DNA of 19,347 nucleotides, from assembly GCA_964372275.1 (NCBI GenBank), contig CAYJRR010000087.1, forward strand, positions 1 to 19,347, in the 5' to 3' direction. Position numbers and translations under genes: made by a program. This document shows positions 15,498-19,347 of the stretch, piece after piece. This DNA is from an uncultured bacterium (GTDB lineage Bacteria > CAYJRR01). Below the pieces are notes generated by a model. That model made no database searches. It had not been told where the DNA came from and worked only from the letters and a program-made list of their open reading frames with translations. Position 1 is the stretch's first letter. Each line of letters begins with the position of its first letter.

Positions 15498-15683
15498 CCG
15501 GTCCTCCGTCGGCATCACCATCCAGAGAACCAGGTACGTCAGGATCCCCGGAAATGCCGCCGATGTGACCGAGAGGACGACGTAGAGGATCCGCACCAGG
15601 GTCGGATCCCATCCCAGGCTGTCGGCGATCCCGCCACAAACCCCGGCGAGCATCCGGTCTCGGGTCGATCGATGGAGGGCCAT
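15429..15683 (-). CDS. PspC-domain protein (phage-shock protein C family)
   Basis: 84 aa. DRMLAGVCGGIADSLGWDPTLVRILYVVLSVTSAAFPGILTYLVLWMVMPTED is a canonical PspC domain. Confidence 0.75.
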   Translation of the reverse strand: MALHRSTRDRMLAGVCGGIADSLGWDPTLVRILYVVLSVTSAAFPGILTYLVLWMVMPTEDRSLVGASGDGENRHPGERRGQEG

Positions 15684-15738
15684 GCCGCTTCTACGCGCGG
15701 CGCCGCGGATCTATTTCGGCCGGCGGGGCGATGTCGCG

Positions 15739-16209
15739 TCAGCCGCTCTCTCCGACCTTCGAGCCGGCGTTCCAAATCTCCGTGGAGACGAGTCGGCCCC
15801 GCTCGTCGAAGATCGACCAGGCGCCGTCCTTCTTGCCGTCGACGTAGGTCCCGCGCTCCTCGATCTCGTAGTCGTCGCGCCAGCGCGTGTACGATCCGTG
15901 CTTCACGCGGACACCGTCGACCGTCTTGTAGCAGTAGCGCTCCGCCCCGGCGACCGGGGGGGCCGCGCCGTCGAAGAGCGCCGTTCCGGCCGGACAGCCG
16001 GTCCCGATGCGCACCCATCCCGGGCGGTGCCGGCGAAGCAGCTCGTCCACCCAGGCGAGCGGACGCTCGGGATCCACCTCCGCGGGGCATGCCGGGGCAC
16101 CGGCGTCGGATGCGTCGTGCCGGTCGCCCCCGGCGGCGGCGTCGAGGTCCGGCGCCGCGCGTGCGACCGGCGCCATCGACACGAGGGCGACAAGTGCGAT
16201 GGTCCTCAT
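15739..16209 (-). CDS. Secreted MORN-repeat-like hypothetical protein
   Basis: 156 aa from the ATG at 16209 (MRTIALVALVSMAPVARA signal peptide). C-terminal YxxGxxxGxW-type repeats (GTYVDGKKDGAWSIFDERGRLVSTEIWNAG). The track ORF extends upstream in the same frame to 16296. Confidence 0.55.
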   Translation of the reverse strand: MRTIALVALVSMAPVARAAPDLDAAAGGDRHDASDAGAPACPAEVDPERPLAWVDELLRRHRPGWVRIGTGCPAGTALFDGAAPPVAGAERYCYKTVDGVRVKHGSYTRWRDDYEIEERGTYVDGKKDGAWSIFDERGRLVSTEIWNAGSKVGESG

Positions 16210-16369
16210 AGAAGAGGGCGCCGCGCAGCAATCTCCGCGCCAGGCAACTCGCGTCGGAATCCGGCCACTTCGCCGCGCGCTCGCGACGCGGGACACGCGC
16301 GTCCGGTTTCCAGATGCCCGGATCGCCTCGTCGCGGCGAGGCGAACAGGGGCCCCCGTGGCGGTTCCCG

Positions 16370-17053
16370 CTAGAACAGGGTTCGTTTGGGCTCCGGCTCG
16401 AGGCACGCGGCGTCGTCGTGGCGCGCGGAGTTGACGCGGGTCGAGACCTCGGTCGTGAGGAGGTCGGGGTCCGATCCGCGATCGACGGCCGCGCGGAGGG
16501 CGCGGCCCGGATCGTCGGTGAGGATCCACTCCTCGACCCCGGCGGCGGGGAGCATCACCGGCATCCGGTCGTGGACCGTGGCCGGGACGCCGCGCGCGGC
16601 GGTGGTCAGCAACGAAAACGTTCGTTCTCCGGCGGGTCCGCCGTCCTCCCACAGGCCGGCCAAGAGCAGCAGCCCACCGTCCGGACGGTGCAGTCGGACC
16701 GGCCGGCGGGCGCGGGCGGGCCCGACCCATTCGAAGTAGCCGTCGGCCGGCACGACGCATCGCCGGCGCCGGAATGCCTCCCGGTAGGCGGGGGCCTTCT
16801 CCACCCGCTCCACGCGGGCGTTGATCTGCTGCGCGGCCCGGGAGGCGTCCTTCGCCCACCGGTTCACCAACCCGAAAGTCGCCGGTTCGAGCCCCCGCGC
16901 CCCCTCCGCGATGCGGACGATCCAGTGACGCTGCGTCGGGGCCACGTTGTAGCGCGGGCGGTAGAGGGCGCGGTGGTCGTCCCTCGCCGGAACGCCGAGC
17001 AGCGCCGCCAACGTGCCGTAGTCGACGATCGTCAGCGTGAACCGCCCGCACAC
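16370..17053 (-). CDS. yedK: SOS-response-associated peptidase (SRAP/YedK, HMCES family abasic-site processing protein)
   Basis: 227 aa starting MCGRFTL (the catalytic Cys2). ...YNVAPTQ...VPADGYFEW... are family motifs. It starts 7 nt after the lgt stop. Confidence 0.85.
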   Translation of the reverse strand: MCGRFTLTIVDYGTLAALLGVPARDDHRALYRPRYNVAPTQRHWIVRIAEGARGLEPATFGLVNRWAKDASRAAQQINARVERVEKAPAYREAFRRRRCVVPADGYFEWVGPARARRPVRLHRPDGGLLLLAGLWEDGGPAGERTFSLLTTAARGVPATVHDRMPVMLPAAGVEEWILTDDPGRALRAAVDRGSDPDLLTTEVSTRVNSARHDDAACLEPEPKRTLF

Positions 17054-17060
17054 CGCCGGT

Positions 17061-17876
17061 TCACCGGGAGGCGGCGGGCAGGGCCCGCGCCCGCCGGCTC
17101 GTCCAGAGAACGGCGAGACCGGCGGCGAAGACGGCGATCCCGAGGCCCTGGCTCACCGAGAGGTTCGTCCCCGGCACAAAGCCACGCTGGAAGTCGCCGC
17201 GATAGATCTCCACGAAGGCGCGGAAGGCGGCGTAGAGCATCAGCCCCGTCCCGAAGACCTGCCCGTCGAACCGGCGCCACCGGTTCAGGAGGAGGTGACA
17301 GACGGCCGCCAGCGAAAAGGCGTTCACCATCATGTAGAGCTGCGTCGGGTGCAGCGGCTGGCCGAGGAGCGACTCCGGATAGACCAGCGCCGCCTTGTTG
17401 GTGAAGGTCACCGCCCAGGGGACGTCGGTCACGTGGCCGAAATCGTCGCCGGCCATCAGGCAGCCGACCCGTCCGATCCCCAGGCCCAGGAAGGTCGCCG
17501 GGGTGAACAGGTCGCAGACGCGCCAGACCGGCATCGCATGCTTGCGGGCGTAGAGGATCACCACCACCGACGCCAGGATGAAGCCGCCGTACCAGACCAG
17601 CCCCCCCTCCCAGATGGCGATCAGCTTGGTCGGATTCCGAAGGAATTCGGAGTCGCCGCCCCGGGTGAGCAGGTCGATCAGCACGTAGAACAGGCGGCAA
17701 CCGCCCACTCCGGCGACCATCACCCAGAAGGTCAGGTCGAACACCCGCTCCGCGTCGATCCCGTGCCGGCGCGCCATGCGCACCACGTAGAGGATCGCCG
17801 CCATGAAGCCGGCCCCCATCAGCACGCCGAAGGAGTGGAGGGGGAAGCCGAAGATCTTGATCAGGACGGGGTACAC
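17061..17876 (-). CDS. lgt: Prolipoprotein diacylglyceryl transferase
   Basis: 271 aa: MYPVLIKIFGFPLHSFGVLMGAGFMAAILY...GGLVWYGGFI...GRVGCLMAGDDFG... (Lgt signature G-x-x-N-G-C). Confidence 0.9.
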   Translation of the reverse strand: MYPVLIKIFGFPLHSFGVLMGAGFMAAILYVVRMARRHGIDAERVFDLTFWVMVAGVGGCRLFYVLIDLLTRGGDSEFLRNPTKLIAIWEGGLVWYGGFILASVVVILYARKHAMPVWRVCDLFTPATFLGLGIGRVGCLMAGDDFGHVTDVPWAVTFTNKAALVYPESLLGQPLHPTQLYMMVNAFSLAAVCHLLLNRWRRFDGQVFGTGLMLYAAFRAFVEIYRGDFQRGFVPGTNLSVSQGLGIAVFAAGLAVLWTSRRARALPAASR

Positions 17877-17947
17877 GGTCGGCGCCGACTGTAGCAGAGG
17901 ACCCGGCGGGTCGAGGCAACTCCTCGATCGTCCGGGGCCCGACGTCG

Positions 17948-17976
17948 TTGCGAATTCCCGGGGGACTGTTTAGGAT
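17948..17976 (+). promoter_or_regulatory. Candidate sigma-70 promoter for lon: TTGCGA (17948..17953), 17 nt spacer, TAGGAT (17971..17976)
   Basis: The spacing is right and it lies about 40 nt upstream of the lon GTG. No CIRCE element was seen. It sits in the lgt/lon divergent intergenic region. Confidence 0.3.
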
Positions 17977-18017
17977 CCGAGCCGCGCTCAAAAAGCCTCG
18001 CGCGGGGGAGCCCTTAC

Positions 18018-19283
18018 GTGTCCGAGATCGAGACGAAGCGGGTCGCCGCCGGCAAGGACGACGACGAAAAGAAGAAGGACGACAAGGGCGAGAAGCCGGA
18101 CAAGGAGAAGTCGGAGAAGAAGAAGCCGTCCGGAGGCTCGATCCGGGCGCGCGAGGGATCGTCGGCCGGCGGCGCGCCGCAACCGGGGAAAGAGGACGAG
18201 GGGGAGCAACACGAGATCCCCGACCTCCTGCCGATCCTGCCGGTGCGGAACATGGTCCTCTATCCGTGGGTCATGGTCCCGATCCTGGTCGGGCGCGGGA
18301 AGTCGGTCCGGCTGATCGACGACGTGCTCCTCAAGAGCAAGGTGATCGGGCTCGTCGCGCAGAAGGACGCGGAGAAGGAGGACCCCACCCCGGACGACCT
18401 GTTCCGCATCGGGACGGCCGGCGTCATTCTCAAGATGCTCAAGTTCCCCGACGGCTCCCTGCGGGTACTGATCCAGGGGATGCGCCGCTTCAAGGTCGCC
18501 GAGTTCACCGAGACCGAGCCCTACTTCAAGGCCAAGATCCAGCTTCTGGAGGACAAGCTCGATGACGACAAGGAACTGCACGCGCTCGTCCAGAACCTGC
18601 GGACGCAGTTCCAGAAGCTGATCGAGCACTCCCCGATCATCCCGGCGGAGGTGCAGATCACGGCGATGAACATCACGGCCCCCGGGAAGCTGGCCGACTT
18701 CGTCGCCACCCACCTGAACATCGAGCTGGCCGAGATGCAGGGACTGCTCGAGACCCTATCGGTGAAGGAACGCCTGCAGAAGGTGACGGTGCTCCTCACC
18801 CGCGAGCTTGAGGTGCTGGAGCTCGGGTCCAAGATCCAGAGCCAGATCAAGGACGAGATGGAGTCGAAGCAGCGCGACTACTACCTCCGCGAGCAGCTCA
18901 AGGCGATCAAGAAGGAGCTGGGGGAGTCGGACGGCGACAACCAGGAGGTCGAGGAGTTCCGGGAGAAGATCAAGAAGGCGAAGATGCCGGCCGAGGTCGA
19001 GAAGGAGGCGATGGCCGAGCTCGACCGGATGAGCCGCATGCACCCGGACGCGGCGGAGTACACCGTCTCGCGGACGTACCTCGACTGGTTGACGGCGCTC
19101 CCCTGGCAGAAGGGGACCGACGACCACCTCGACATCAAGAAGGCCCGCGAGGTGCTCGACGCCGATCATTACGACCTGGAGAAGGTGAAGGACCGGATCC
19201 TGGAGTACCTGGCGGTGCGCAAGCTCAAGGCCGACATGAAAGGGCCGATCCTGTGCTTCGTCGGTCCTCCCGGCGTCGGCTAG
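18018..19283 (+). CDS. lon: ATP-dependent protease Lon, N-terminal substrate-binding domain. The ORF is terminated by an in-frame TAG at the Walker-A lysine position
   Basis: GTG start with GGGGGAG upstream. HEIPDLLPILPVRNMVLYPWVMVPILVGRGKSVRLID... through ...DHYDLEKVKDRILEYLAVRKLKADMKGPILCFVGPPGVG* aligns with E. coli Lon residues about 8-361. The next codon should be AAG (K of GPPGVGKTS) but is TAG. Confidence 0.85.
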   Translation: MSEIETKRVAAGKDDDEKKKDDKGEKPDKEKSEKKKPSGGSIRAREGSSAGGAPQPGKEDEGEQHEIPDLLPILPVRNMVLYPWVMVPILVGRGKSVRLIDDVLLKSKVIGLVAQKDAEKEDPTPDDLFRIGTAGVILKMLKFPDGSLRVLIQGMRRFKVAEFTETEPYFKAKIQLLEDKLDDDKELHALVQNLRTQFQKLIEHSPIIPAEVQITAMNITAPGKLADFVATHLNIELAEMQGLLETLSVKERLQKVTVLLTRELEVLELGSKIQSQIKDEMESKQRDYYLREQLKAIKKELGESDGDNQEVEEFREKIKKAKMPAEVEKEAMAELDRMSRMHPDAAEYTVSRTYLDWLTALPWQKGTDDHLDIKKAREVLDADHYDLEKVKDRILEYLAVRKLKADMKGPILCFVGPPGVG

Positions 19284-19347
19284 ACCTCGCTCGGCAAGTC
19301 GATCGCCAAGTCGCTGGGCCTGAAGTTCGAGCGGATCGCGCTGGGCG
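19284..19347 (+). pseudogene. lon: In-frame continuation of lon after the TAG (TSLGKSIAKSLGLKFERIALG..., AAA+ Walker A onwards), runs off the window
   Basis: The translation TSLGKSIAKSLGLKFERIALG matches Lon [24 protein letters not shown] in the same frame as the upstream ORF. Confidence 0.6.

Noticed and set aside
19281-19283. TAG reassigned as a sense codon (for example a suppressor or alternative genetic code) as the explanation for the lon interruption
   Set aside because: Within the window TAG terminates flagellin exactly at its conserved ...LLQ C-terminus. TAG also terminates the encapsulin, DsbA-like and periplasmic-protein genes at sensible positions.
1-19347. CRISPR arrays, rRNA, tRNA, intact IS elements, integrases
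   Set aside because: No direct-repeat/spacer periodicity, no rRNA-like conserved stretches, no tRNA cloverleaf and no transposase with an intact catalytic motif were seen. The only short tandem repeat is the one at 9560..9700.

Overview
This 19.3-kb window is very GC-rich (about 70%) and densely coding, apparently from a bacterial chromosome. The main unit is a tightly packed five-gene minus-strand cluster at positions 1..4289. It is ordered: encapsulated ferritin-like cargo (EncFtn), family-1 encapsulin shell, AmmeMemoRadiSam-type radical SAM enzyme, ABC ATPase, and a FtsX/MacB-type permease that runs off the left edge. Gene boundaries are either 4-nt start/stop overlaps (GTGA) or gaps of 22 to 28 nt. 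I do not know of a described encapsulin/radical-SAM/ABC-exporter combination. Divergent from this cluster is polA (4345..7014, +). Next come a secreted Cys-rich ORF with atypical codon usage and a tandem pair of short flagellin-family genes. A GATC-dense short-tandem-repeat palindrome lies between the flagellin gene and the DsbA-like lipoprotein gene that follows. On the plus strand there is a translationally coupled triad of ECF sigma factor, zinc-binding (ZAS) anti-sigma factor and periplasmic protein. It is followed by a catalytically degenerate IS200/RAYT-like protein that is coupled to a lipase-maturation-factor family membrane protein. The remaining genes are a PspC-domain protein, a MORN-repeat protein, the abasic-site processing peptidase yedK, lgt, and the 5' part of lon. 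The lon reading frame is interrupted by an in-frame TAG exactly at the Walker-A lysine codon. The long antisense ORFs in the track (for example 75..1397 +, 4521..7310 +, 12139..13956 -, 13377..14738 -) are high-GC mirror-frame artefacts. No rRNA, tRNA or CRISPR array was found. Coordinates are anchored to the supplied ORF track, because my by-eye base counting disagreed with it by one base between roughly 3950 and 4330.
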